Of a stretch of DNA of 64,000 nt, positions 11,017 through 21,649 are shown piece by piece. Under the pieces are notes generated by a model. That model was not told where the DNA came from and did not search any database. It worked only from the letters and a program-made list of their open reading frames with translations. How positions within the stretch are numbered: the first letter of the stretch is position 1; each line of letters starts with the position of its first letter. The stretch comes from Octopus vulgaris (taxonomy: Eukaryota). The stretch spans positions 31,682,001-31,746,000 of the forward strand of contig OX597819.1 in assembly GCA_951406725.2 (NCBI GenBank), written 5' to 3'. A program made the translations under genes and the position numbers.

Positions 11017-11364
11017 ATGATTCTGAAAGATAAGGTTCAGACTCTGGGCCGTAAATTTCTCGGCTCCATCAATGGTTGCCGGACGCCTTCAGTCGCTGCC
11101 GGTTATAGGCGTCGGAGAATCACAGCTCCTCGTAATGCTAACAGCCAGCAGAGTTTGTTGGATGGAGGTTACCGCAGAAGAAGAAGAAGGGGTCGCAGGG
11201 GTCGCAGGCGAAGAGGTCGTCGTCGTCGTTCGAGAGGGAGACGTAGAGCGCATGGAGGGAGAAGGAGGAGGAGGAGGAGGAGGCATAGGAGAAGGCGTGG
11301 AAGGAGAGGAAGGCGTTCAAGGGGACGGAGGAGGTCTTCGGACCCATATGGTTCATCAGCCTAA
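11017..11364 (+). CDS. Sperm protamine precursor (115 aa, tandem Arg-rich modules after Gly-Gly motifs)
   Basis: MILKDKVQTLG..LLDGG|YRRRRRRGRRGRRRRGRRRRSRGRRRAHGG|RRRRRRRRHRRRRGRRGRRSRGRRRSSDPYGSSA*. Mixed Arg codons (CGC, CGT, CGA, CGG, AGA, AGG) argue against a simple repeat; upstream TATA and downstream AATAAA are present. The ORF-track start at 10891 lies upstream of the TATA, so 11017 is preferred. Confidence 0.85.
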   Translation: MILKDKVQTLGRKFLGSINGCRTPSVAAGYRRRRITAPRNANSQQSLLDGGYRRRRRRGRRGRRRRGRRRRSRGRRRAHGGRRRRRRRRHRRRRGRRGRRSRGRRRSSDPYGSSA

Positions 11365-11429
11365 TCAGCCTAACAATTTTAGTGGCAACAGCGTCTTCAC
11401 ACCTTTCTTGACTGTTAATAATCAGTAGA

Positions 11430-11435
11430 AATAAA
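11430..11435 (+). terminator. Polyadenylation signal of the protamine gene
   Basis: AATAAA about 65 nt after the stop, followed by T-rich sequence. Confidence 0.6.
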
Positions 11436-11699
11436 TTATCTACATCTGAATTTGGTCTTATCTTAATTTTTTTTAGTTTCAATTGATTTAGATCGGTGAG
11501 TTTTTACGACCCTAGAAGGACGAGATTCCTCGATAAAAGAAATCTAGATTTCTATTTCAGCAAGTATAAAATCCCCAAAATTTGTTCTTTTTTAAGGTGC
11601 CCAACAAATTGAAAAAGTTTATCAACATGGAACGCTGAAAAGCATCGGCAGCAGTATTAAAATCAAGTATAACTGACCAAAAAGATATTCGGGTTTTGA

Positions 11700-12692
11700 G
11701 CTCCACGACATCTTGATGTCGAGAACAAACTTTTTGAAAACTTTTGGCGATATCGCCAGCTTTTGGCAACTTTTGGTGCAGATTCTCTTTGCTCAACTTG
11801 TTATGTTCAATGTAACGATCAGACGCTACACACGTTCCTTCCAAGACGCCATACTGTAAGACACAGTATGGACGACGCGTGGAAGAGGGAATTGAGACAG
11901 GTAAGTTTCTTCTGCTTGAGACAGGTAAATTCATCTCCGGATGCGAGTTGAATTATTTTAACTATCACCTGCGAAGTAAGATCCATTTTAAATCACCTGC
12001 GAAGTAAGAACCGTCTGGAGAGGAAGTTCCTGTCTCAAGGTGCTTCGAAAAAGATGGATGCCTGTAGTTAAGAATGATGCGAGCGGAAGGTGTCTAGCTC
12101 ACTTCAGCTGTTTACAGCAGTGCATGGAAGGAACATGTGTAGCGCCTGATCTTATCACCATCTGTGTATCAGAGGATGTGCAGATTAGTTACGGTACAGT
12201 TCAGTCCATTATCACTGAAGATTTGGGTATGAGACGCATGTCTGCCATGTTTGTGCCAAAACTGCTTTCAGCTGACCAAAAAGACACTGGGGTTTCAGTT
12301 GCACAAGATCTTGTGTCGAACGATGAAAACTTTCTGAAAACTTCGTGTAGGCTTGACTAGGTATTGCCTACTGAGTAGGTATTGCGTAGGCCTGAGTAGG
12401 TATTGCCAAGATTTTGGCAAAATTTGATGCAGATTCTCTGCTCAACTTTCTGTAGTGGTCAAAGTAGCGATCAAACGCTACCCACCTTCATCAAACGCTA
12501 CCCACCTTCATCAAACGCTACCCACCTTCCTCCCAAGCACTGCTGTAAACAGTGGAAGTGAGGCAGAACGTTAAAACTTTGTGCGCATGCACAGCAAACT
12601 TTAAGGTCAATCTGTGTCAAGCGGCTTTACTCTGCGTGCTTGTGCTTCGTTACTCTGGCAACAGACTGGAACTTGTTGATCAGACTATGTAT
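11700..12692. mobile_element. Degenerate mariner relics including a transposase fragment
   Basis: VQISYGTVQSIITEDLGMRRMSAMFVPKLLSADQK (about 12178-12280) matches the mariner HTH plus WVPxxL region; related blocks at 11760-11880 and 12410-12550; TIR-like end GGAACTTGTTGATCAGACTATGTA. Confidence 0.7.
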
Positions 12693-12703
12693 AAACACAC
12701 ACA

Positions 12704-12704
<1 letters not shown>

Positions 12705-12764
<60 letters not shown>

Positions 12765-13069
12765 TACATATACATATGTATGTATGTGTGTGTGTGTATA
12801 TATATATATATATACATACACACACATACATACGCAAATATATACACACATATACACATACATATATATACACATACATATAGACATGTGTATACACATA
12901 CACACACACACACACATATATATATACATACATAGACATACATGGATATGCACATACATATAGATACACACACACATATATATATATATATACAGACACA
13001 CACACACACACATATATATACATACATATAGACATACATGGATATGCACATACATATAGATATACATAC

Positions 13070-13102
<33 letters not shown>

Positions 13103-13293
13103 CATATATACATACATATTTATATATATAATTATACATACATATATATATAATTACATACATATATATATATAATTATATTCTATATGTGTATACATGT
13201 ATGTCTGTATATACATACATATATATATAATATACACATATGTATATATATATATATATATATAATATATATATTTCTATATATGTATGTGTA

Positions 13294-13333
<40 letters not shown>

Positions 13334-13350
13334 CTATATATGTATGTGTA

Positions 13351-13384
<34 letters not shown>

Positions 13385-13393
13385 CTATATATG

Positions 13394-13440
<47 letters not shown>

Positions 13441-13461
13441 CTATATATGTATTGTGTAATG

Positions 13462-13494
<33 letters not shown>

Positions 13495-13518
13495 GTATGT
13501 GTAATGTATATATATATA
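12705..13518. repeat. (TA)n/(CA)n/(TATG)n low-complexity tract
   Basis: Direct. Confidence 0.95.
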
Positions 13519-13949
13519 CTAAGCAATTAAGGGTTTAGCAACGAATTGCCTTACCACACACCGAATTTAGAAATAGCAGTCAAAGAGATTATAGCTATTT
13601 CTTCTACTAAAAGGGAGATCACAGTAAAGGCACAGCATATATATATATATATATATATGTATATGTATATTATGTGTGCGTGTGAGTGTATGCGGCGGAA
13701 TTTGAACTCAGAACGTAAATACACACGAAATACCAATTTCTGTATTGCCCACAGGGGGCGAAACACAAATGGACAAACCAATTGATTGGGATCGTTATGA
13801 GTTTACATAAAATTATGAATATAAAAATTATTTATCGAATGAAATTAACAATAGAGAGATAACACGCCCCGACCCCACAAGCCCCGATCTATCGCTGCTA
13901 CCTTTTTTTTTTTGTTCCTTGCACGCAAACACACGTGCAACATGCTTCC

Positions 13950-16550
13950 ATCAAAAGCTTTACACTGATCAAAATGTACCAATGCTCCACCTTCGCTAGA
14001 TTTATCACCAACCCATTCTGTGGCCAGTTCGTGTGTACACGTCAGCCAGTAGGTGCTTGAACAAGACTGGCATACATTTATACAGCTCGTACGGAAGAAC
14101 ATCAAGTCCCGGCGACTTACCCGCTTTGCAGTCGGCCATATCCTCCATCACCTCATAGGCGTGATTAGCCCTTCGCAAGACTCCGCATCCGACCCCGAGA
14201 GGCACAGCAGCCCGGCAAGAAAGTCCTCGAGGATTCCCCCACCATCAGGACCGCCATCACCGCCGAACAGCTGGGGGAAGTACTCCCGAAAGGCCTCACA
14301 CATTTCCTCGGATTCGTTTACCAAGACATCATTTTGATTCGTCAAAGACCGAATAGTGGAACTATTTCCTTGTCGAGCTTCCACCACTCGGGTCCATCCA
14401 GCAGCCTTGATTCCTTCACTTCCCATCGCACGTAACTTAGCAATGTGTTGGGCTTCAAGATGCTGGTTTAACTCCAGTCTTTTCACCCTCACTTGGTCTG
14501 CATTACCAGTCCTCCAGGCTTCTTCTAGTTCCTTAACTAGATCATCTCTTATTCTACGTCCCTTCTTAGCTAAACTTATGCTAAATCTAATAGACTCATA
14601 TTTTATGGCTCCTTTTAGGGCGTGCCACCATTTGTTATTAATGATGGTACCTGTCAATGCCCTCTGTATTAACATCTCGATCAGCTTTCTGTACTCCTCA
14701 ATCGCCAAAAGGAACTATTGAGTTTCCAGTAGCCGGATCCCTTTCTATGCAACTTATCTACTGTCAGCTTACTGGTAACCATCTTGTGGTCACTTAGCTT
14801 TGGACTTCTGTTTTTCTAATTAGAACCCATAACGTTGGGTGCATAAATTGCAAGCAGCCTGGTTATCGTGCCGCAACTGAATGTCAGGTCGAGGGCAACC
14901 AAACCTGCCTTCTGGATCAGAAAAAAAACAACTTTTTCTCGGCTACCCGGTTTCTTTTTAGTAGGACCAACACCCCACCCCCACCTCCCACCCGACTCAG
15001 AGAAACGTATTTCTCATAGCCGTTCAGGAGGGGGAGCAGATCTCTTGGCCCCTTCACCCGGGTTTGCGTTGCAACAATCACATCTAATTTTCTTGACCTG
15101 ATGTCATTTAGGAAGCGCCCTTGCTTCCAGCTAGACATCAGGCCACGAACATTTACACAACCAATGTAAATAGACATTACTTAAATACGTGTTAACTAAT
15201 ACATTATAAGTCTTTTTATCCATTTCGTAGAACTTGTAGTTCTTATATTTATCAGAAAGTTCTGCAATCCTAGTGGCTGATTTTTTTCGCCTTTATTTCT
15301 CTCATTAAATCTTCATTTTTGCTGTATAACGCGACTATCTCTGTCTTCTGCTCCCTTCCTTACTATTTTTGGCTTGTCTCTTTTCGCAGTTTTTTAAAAT
15401 CTTAGTTCGACCTGCTTTTGTTGATTTGAGCTTTCTATTTTTCTCGTTGTTAGTTGCTTTCTTTTCTTGTTTCTCTCTCATCCTCACCATCGGATTCTTC
15501 TTCGCCGGTTCTACAGTGTTTTTTTATATGGCCCAGCTGGTCACATTGAAAACATCGGGGCTTACGCCCTTCGACGTATACGTTAAGAAGTTCCTCCCCA
15601 ATTTCTATTTTCTCCGGTAACTGTTCTAAACTTGACTGTTCTGCTTGCATTAGGTGAACCGTTTGACCGGTCCAATAAACCTTTCCTGTGACAGTAGCCT
15701 GAAGGAGTGTTATATTATCTTCCTTTTTGCCAGGGCTGCCGTCATCAACCATATAGGGTCGACTTTGAGGTGAGACTCTTGGTATATGTATCTTTGACGT
15801 CCTCATTCCCATATATATTGGAATTAAAACAACGTCCCCCGTTTCTAACAGCGCATTTGTGCAGTTTCTATATCTTTTAGTCGTACTTCGATAGTACTAA
15901 ACTTCTTCCCTCTGGCTAGGTATGTGATATCCTCCCAGAAGGGTTTCAAGCACTTCTCAATTTTCTCTTCGCTCACTCGATTAATTGTTTTCTTTTTAGA
16001 CAGTAAGATTTTAAAATAATTGTTTTTGTTTTTTGTAACATTAATAGTTCTTCCGGAGGTTGAACTTTTACAACACCGTCTTCAATTATCATATCTTTGT
16101 ACTTTATCAGGTCATTTTTGTTTGTCAACAGCTGGCGGGTTCCACCTTCAGCCGCCGACGCAAAACTTTTTTTGTTTATTTTCTTCTGTTTCAATACTTT
16201 TCACGTCAATATTCCTCTTTGCAACAGTACCCATTGATGGTTGGGGAAATTCACTTTCAGAAGAATCCGAAATATCACCAAATATTAAACTATCAATCTT
16301 TTTTGCCTCCGTGTTGGTTGACGACTCTTCGCCAGACGAAGTTACACTTTTTGGCATCTTGCCAGCAATTAATGTTTCCCCCACAGGGGAAAACACACGA
16401 TAGCTTTCGAACGAAGACTATCACACAAATAATTATTACAGGAACAATAATTATAACAGGAAATAACACAAAAACAGTCAATAGAAACTTGCACTTACTA
16501 TACAGACGCACACCAATAATAATTACCAATAAATCCAAACTCACACAAAC
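13950..16550 (-). mobile_element. Disrupted L1/Tx1-clade LINE: ORF1 (zinc knuckle), APE endonuclease and partial RT
   Basis: ORF1 pieces with CFQCDQLGHIKKHC; ORF2 start MSIYIGCVNVRGL at 15177; SDH at about 14790; GSGYWKLN at about 14730; GKSPGLDVLPYELYK; DQCKAFD at about 13960; many frameshifts and deletions. Confidence 0.9.
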
Positions 16551-16556
16551 GAAATA

Positions 16557-16760
16557 CCTATTTCTTTACTACCCACAAGGGGCTAAACACAGAGAGGACA
16601 AACGGATTAAGTCGATTATATCGACCCCAGTGCGGAACTGGTCCTTAATTTATCGACCCCGAAAGTATGAAAGGCAAAGTCAACCTCTACGGAACTTGAA
16701 CTCAGAACGTAGCGGCAGACGAAATACCTCTAAGCGTTTCGCCCGGCCTGCAAACGTTTC
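16557..16760 (-). mobile_element. SINE family C, Tx1-like tail
   Basis: Homology to other copies; junction GAAATACC|TATTTC. Confidence 0.8.
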
Positions 16761-16887
16761 TGATGAAACCAGAAATATTAAACAGTATCTATCAGCTTCG
16801 GCAACTGCATTTTGGAAGTAGACACCCTACACGAGTCTCCCAAAAAGACGTGAAGAAAGATGAGGCACACAAACACACACACACACA

Positions 16888-17108
16888 CACGATGGAGTGC
16901 TGAAAAGTTTCTGGCTTTGGGTAAAAGAAAATACAAGAGGATCAGTTAATCATAATTTTATTAAACATATTCTGCTCTCAGATTCACACACTTATTGCAG
17001 TGGTCCTTCAGTTTTTCTAAGCCTTGCAAAGGAACTCGGAAGTTAGGGCCTCCAACCAGGCCTTCCACGATATCCTTAAAGCCAGAAACATTTTACTACC
17101 TTCTCGTA
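16888..17108. mobile_element. Tc1/mariner-type MITE
   Basis: Imperfect TIRs ACGATGGAGTGCTGAAAAGTTTCTGGCTTT / AAAGCCAGAAACATTTTACTACCTTCTCGTA; TA at the right end. Confidence 0.55.
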
Positions 17109-17552
17109 TATATATCTGTGTGTGTGTGCATACACATATACATTTATGCATATACATAAATATATATATATATGCATAATGTACCATGTTTGTACAAATA
17201 GTTGTATGATTCCTACTGTTAAGTTTCAAGCTCCATATAGAATATCATTGGTCTGCTTCCAATATAGGGGTTAAGCAACCACTGTATTTAAGAGTAGTAG
17301 TATTCCTGGTTACATCATAACTAAATATAGGAGAAATTACGATAAGTACAAGTTTATCATTTGTCCTTAAGTACGTTTCACCATTGAGTTTATTTGGAAC
17401 CCTACATCGGATGTTCTAAAGTGAAATTGGCTACTTAAATAATGCAGAGTTCTAATAACTACAATGGTGGGATATATGTTGGAGCTTATATTATAAACTT
17501 GTGTTTATCGTAATTTCTCCTATGTCTACACATACATGCGCATACACACTAT

Positions 17553-17934
17553 ACTTTTACTTGTTTCAGTCATTTGACTGCGGCCATGCTGGAGCACCGC
17601 CTTTAGTCGAGCAAATCGACCCCGGGACTTATTCTTTGTAAGCCCAGTACTTATTCTATCGATCTCTTTTTTGCCGAACCGCTAAGTGACGGGGACGTAA
17701 ACACACCAGCATCGGTTGTCAAGCAATGCTAGGGGGACAAACACAGACGCACAAACACACACATATATTATATACATATATACGACAGGCTTCTTTCAGC
17801 TTCCGTCTATCAAATCCACTCACAAGGCATTGGTCGGCCCGGTGCTATAGCAGAAGACACTTGCCCAAGGTGCCACGCAGTGGGACTGAACCCGGAACCA
17901 TGTGGTTGGTTAGCAAGCTACTTACCACACAGCC

Positions 17935-17935
<1 letters not shown>
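17553..17935 (-). mobile_element. SINE family B (tRNA head, CORE-like ACCTTGGGCAAGT, internal microsatellite)
   Basis: Reverse complement of 37817, 51530 and 62771. Confidence 0.85.
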
Positions 17936-17971
<36 letters not shown>

Positions 17972-18447
17972 TGGTTTTTTTCTTGTAGACCGAGATGTTG
18001 GTTTGTTGGAGACCCTGCAGTATTTTTTTTTTTTTTAATTTTATTTTATAAATTTTCTGCGAGGGGTAGCAAGGCTTTAAGGCCTTGTTTCGGTGGGGAC
18101 GGGACCTAAATAAGAAAAGAAAAATTAAAAAGAACACCGGACTGACAATTTGAGACCCATTCAATAGGACGTTTTTAGGTATTTTTTATCTTTTTAAAAT
18201 TATCATATTAATATTTTATGGGACAGTGGGATCGTACTGGCTATGACTAAAATGCCTGTGTCCCGTGCGTGTCGCGAAGGACGAGGCATTGAGTGCTTCA
18301 GCATTAAATCTCAGTTCATTACTGTTTTCAACTCTTCTTTCTGTGGGAAACATATTGATGCGAAGGTTTGCATTGATTTCACAAATGCCTTGCTAAACCC
18401 GACGCTAATCTTGTAAAGTATATCCATAATACTGATTAGGCGCAGGC

Positions 18448-18705
18448 GTGGCACCTTGGGCAAGTGTCTTCTACAATTGCCTCGGGTCGACGAAAGCCTT
18501 GTGAGTGGATTTGGTATAAAGAAGCCCGTCTTTGTTGTTCCCCAACCATCGTTTGACAACCGATGTTGGTGTGTTTACATCCCCGTAACTTAGCGGTTCG
18601 GCAAAAGATATCGATAGAATAAGTACTAGGCTTACAAAGAATAAGTCCTGGGGTCGACCTGTTCGACTAAAGGCGGTGCTCCAGCATGGCCGCAGTCATA
18701 TGACT
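18448..18705 (+). mobile_element. SINE family B, partial
   Basis: Homology to other copies. Confidence 0.75.
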
Positions 18706-19625
18706 GTTAAGCATTTTGCCCGACGTGCTATAACGATTCTGCCAGGTCACTGCTTTATTCTGAAGTTTTAGACTTCCGCACATTATGGTAACTGAATGAA
18801 AAAAAAAAAACTGGCTTTTATATAATTTATTATCTATTTCTTTGAAAAATATAACATTTTTCCTTCGTCTAATGTTGCCTTGACCAACTTGGCTTCCTGC
18901 AAAATATGCTTTCGACCCAATGTCACCGATGAATATTCTAAAGTGCATTTCCAGCTTCAATTCTGTACACGCTACATACAAACGCACACATACCTTTGTC
19001 GAACATATTTGCTTATTACTGAAGCACGTACTCCAAAATTCGATGAAAATGCGTATGCATATTCGTGTACACAAACAAACACAGTGTGCAAGACCTATCT
19101 TTGAAACAAGTACGCTGCTGTGAACGTATACCTTTTTCGAAACCTCTTATCAGCGACCTGTTTGCAATTGATATATTCAAATCTATTCCTTTGTTGATAA
19201 GCTTTTTTTACTCCTCTTTTACCAAAAATAGACCAAAAAAAAAAAACAGCAACAAAAGCAAATAAACAAGACAATTCTCATATTTTTTAATATATAATTG
19301 AAATATAAGTTTTTATTGATATATATATATATATATATTTTAAATTTTACTTTGAATTTTGACACTATTCATTCAAACCATTCCCTTTCCTTTTTCACGT
19401 TCGCTCATCCAATTTTTTTTTTTTTTGCTCTTTGTACACTTGACATACAATTTCTCTTAACCTTTTTTCTCTCTCTCTCTCTCTCTCAAATCTCATTCAT
19501 TACTTTAAATATAGTCTCTATGCATTATATATATATATTTTTATCTTATTACCTTTTAAAATTTTATATATATATACACACATACATATATATATATATA
19601 TAAATGTATTTATTTATCAATTTCG

Positions 19626-20917
19626 CTAAGTTTCGCCTAAAGCTCTGATTAAATTATTAAATACCACGTCCATATCAACTGATAATTGCTTCTCTTGTAC
19701 CGTAATTCCGGCACTAGTTATTCCGGTATTCCGATAATCCGGTAAACCGGTAGGTGGAGTCGTTGCAAATGATGTAAAACCAACATGGCTACTGGTTAGA
19801 AAATTTGAAGTACTAAAGTTGTTGTGGTGTATGCTGTTGTTGTTGTTGTTATTGTAGGTGTTAAAATTGATAATGTTGTAATTGTTATTATTGTCATTGT
19901 TAGTATTAGTGTTATTCATACACAAGTTGCTACTGCCGTTACTACCACTACTACTACTACATATATGATTATTACTACTAACGTTACCGGGCAGCGAATT
20001 CGACGACGTTGTATTAGTTGCACCCGTCGTCGTCCTCGTCGTAGTCGTCGTCGCAGTATTGTTAGTTGGGGTGGCGGTAGAAGTAGTAACAGTAGTAGTA
20101 GTAGTAGTAGTAGAAATAATAGAAGTGTTGTTAGTCGTAGTAGTACTACTGCTGCTACCAGTTGTGGTGGTAGTACTAGTAGTAGTGGCGGTAATAGGAG
20201 TGACAAGACTGGTGGTAGTGATATTCACCCCCGTCACCGCCGCCGTCGTCGTCGTTAAATGGTTAACTGCAGCTGGAGACGATGGTGGCGAAGGTGGAGG
20301 CGTACTGGCCTCAAGACTTCGTACCAGTGAGTCGGTCATGTCGTCGGTAATTTTTTCGGTTTCAGTCGGGAAACACGGCTCATCAAAGAGAAAAGCAGCT
20401 GGTGTTGGCAAGTAACTGTTACCAAGCATATCGTAATCGATTCTTCGAGGTCTGTAGTACGGATAACCGGCAGAAGCCAAGCCGAGACTTCCACTAAAAC
20501 GTGTATTGCCTCGTTTCTCTTCACGGATTTCCTGGTGAAGTCGACGGAGCACGTTGTTGATTAGGACGGACTTCCGTAGAAAGTTCTCCGGGTCTTCCAT
20601 TGCCCGCAGTTTATGTACGGACAAACGAACAATTCGCTTGCGTTCGTCCTTGCGTTGTTTGGGCGTGTTTAGAAACGGTGAGACACGTTTCGGTGCTGGA
20701 CGTTCAAGGTAAAATTCTTCTTCTCTGTAGCTGTCTACGAAGTCACGAAGCTTCCTCTTCATAACTCGGTGGTTAGACCCACCACTGGTGTTGCTCGTGT
20801 TGGTAGTGTCAGCGAGCAGATCACTGGCCTTGCAATAATGGTAGTCAAGCTGACAGAGAGCTGGATGCGGCAGGCGAAGTGCCACTTCCGTGTCGTTTTT
20901 CATCGCACTGTCATTTT
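19626..20917 (-). CDS. SERTA-domain transcriptional co-regulator (SERTAD4-like), terminal coding exon; first in-frame ATG at 20903 (425 aa)
   Basis: ERKRIVRLSVHKLRAMEDPENFLRKSVLINNVLRRLHQE is a SERTA motif of the DPExxLRxSVLINN type; N-terminal MKRKL; C-terminal DMDVVFNNLIRAL; poly-T/S/N tracts; splice acceptor TTTTTATATTTTTCAG ending at 20918. Confidence 0.9.
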
Positions 20918-20999
20918 CTGAAAAATATAAAAATAAGACAAGATTAAATTACTGTAAATAATAATTATTATTATTTCAATTTTTTTGTCACAAGGGCAG

Positions 21000-21585
21000 C
21001 TTGGGGGAGGGGGAGGTGGGATGAGTAGATTACATCGACCCCTGTGTTCAACTGGAAGTTATTTTATCGCCCCCCTGAAAGAATGAAAGGCAAAATCGAC
21101 CTCAACGGAATTTGAACTCAGAACAGCGACGAGCGAAATACTGCTAAGCATTCGTCCAGCGACGAGCGAAATACTGCTAAGCATTCGTCCAGCGCGCTAA
21201 CGAATCTGCCAGCACGTCGCCTTAATAATAAATAATAATAATAATAATTGTAGCCAGAACTACTCTAGGCATTATTTATTTTTGTGGATGAAAAGCAAAG
21301 TCGATTTCGGCGGAATTTGAACTCAGAACGTAACGGCAGATGAAATACCTATTTCTTTACTACCCACAAGGGGCTAAACATAGAGGGGACAAACAAGGAC
21401 AGACAAACAGATTAAGTCGATTACATTAACCCCAGTGCATAACTAGTACTTATTTAATCGACAACCCCGAAAGGATGAAAGGCAAAGTCGACCTCGGCGG
21501 AATTTGAACTCAGAACGTAACGGCAGATGAAATACCGCTAAGCATACGCCCGGTGTGCTAACGTTTTGCCAGCTCGCCGCCTTAA
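21000..21585 (-). mobile_element. Cluster of SINE family C copies (old copy, fragment and nested young copy)
   Basis: Core motifs repeated three times; junction GAAATACC|TATTTC at about 21350; internal duplication at 21124-21195. Confidence 0.8.
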
Positions 21586-21649
21586 TGATAATAATAATAA
21601 TGATGTCACATAACTAGAGAATGCATATATGAGGCTTTATATAATTAGG

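Noticed and set aside
11072-11428. Alternative-frame ORFs over the protamine gene (Glu/Gly-rich +, Pro/Ser-rich -)
   Set aside because: They are shadows of the Arg codons; the Arg frame has the first ATG after the TATA box and a recognisable product.
12552-13538. Many YI/CV/HT-repeat ORFs (also at 5.5, 26-27, 32.4, 39, 53 and 59 kb)
   Set aside because: Translations of stop-free microsatellites.
19824-20415. + strand Val-rich or Arg/Ser-rich ORFs
   Set aside because: Antisense shadows of the low-complexity part of the SERTA CDS.
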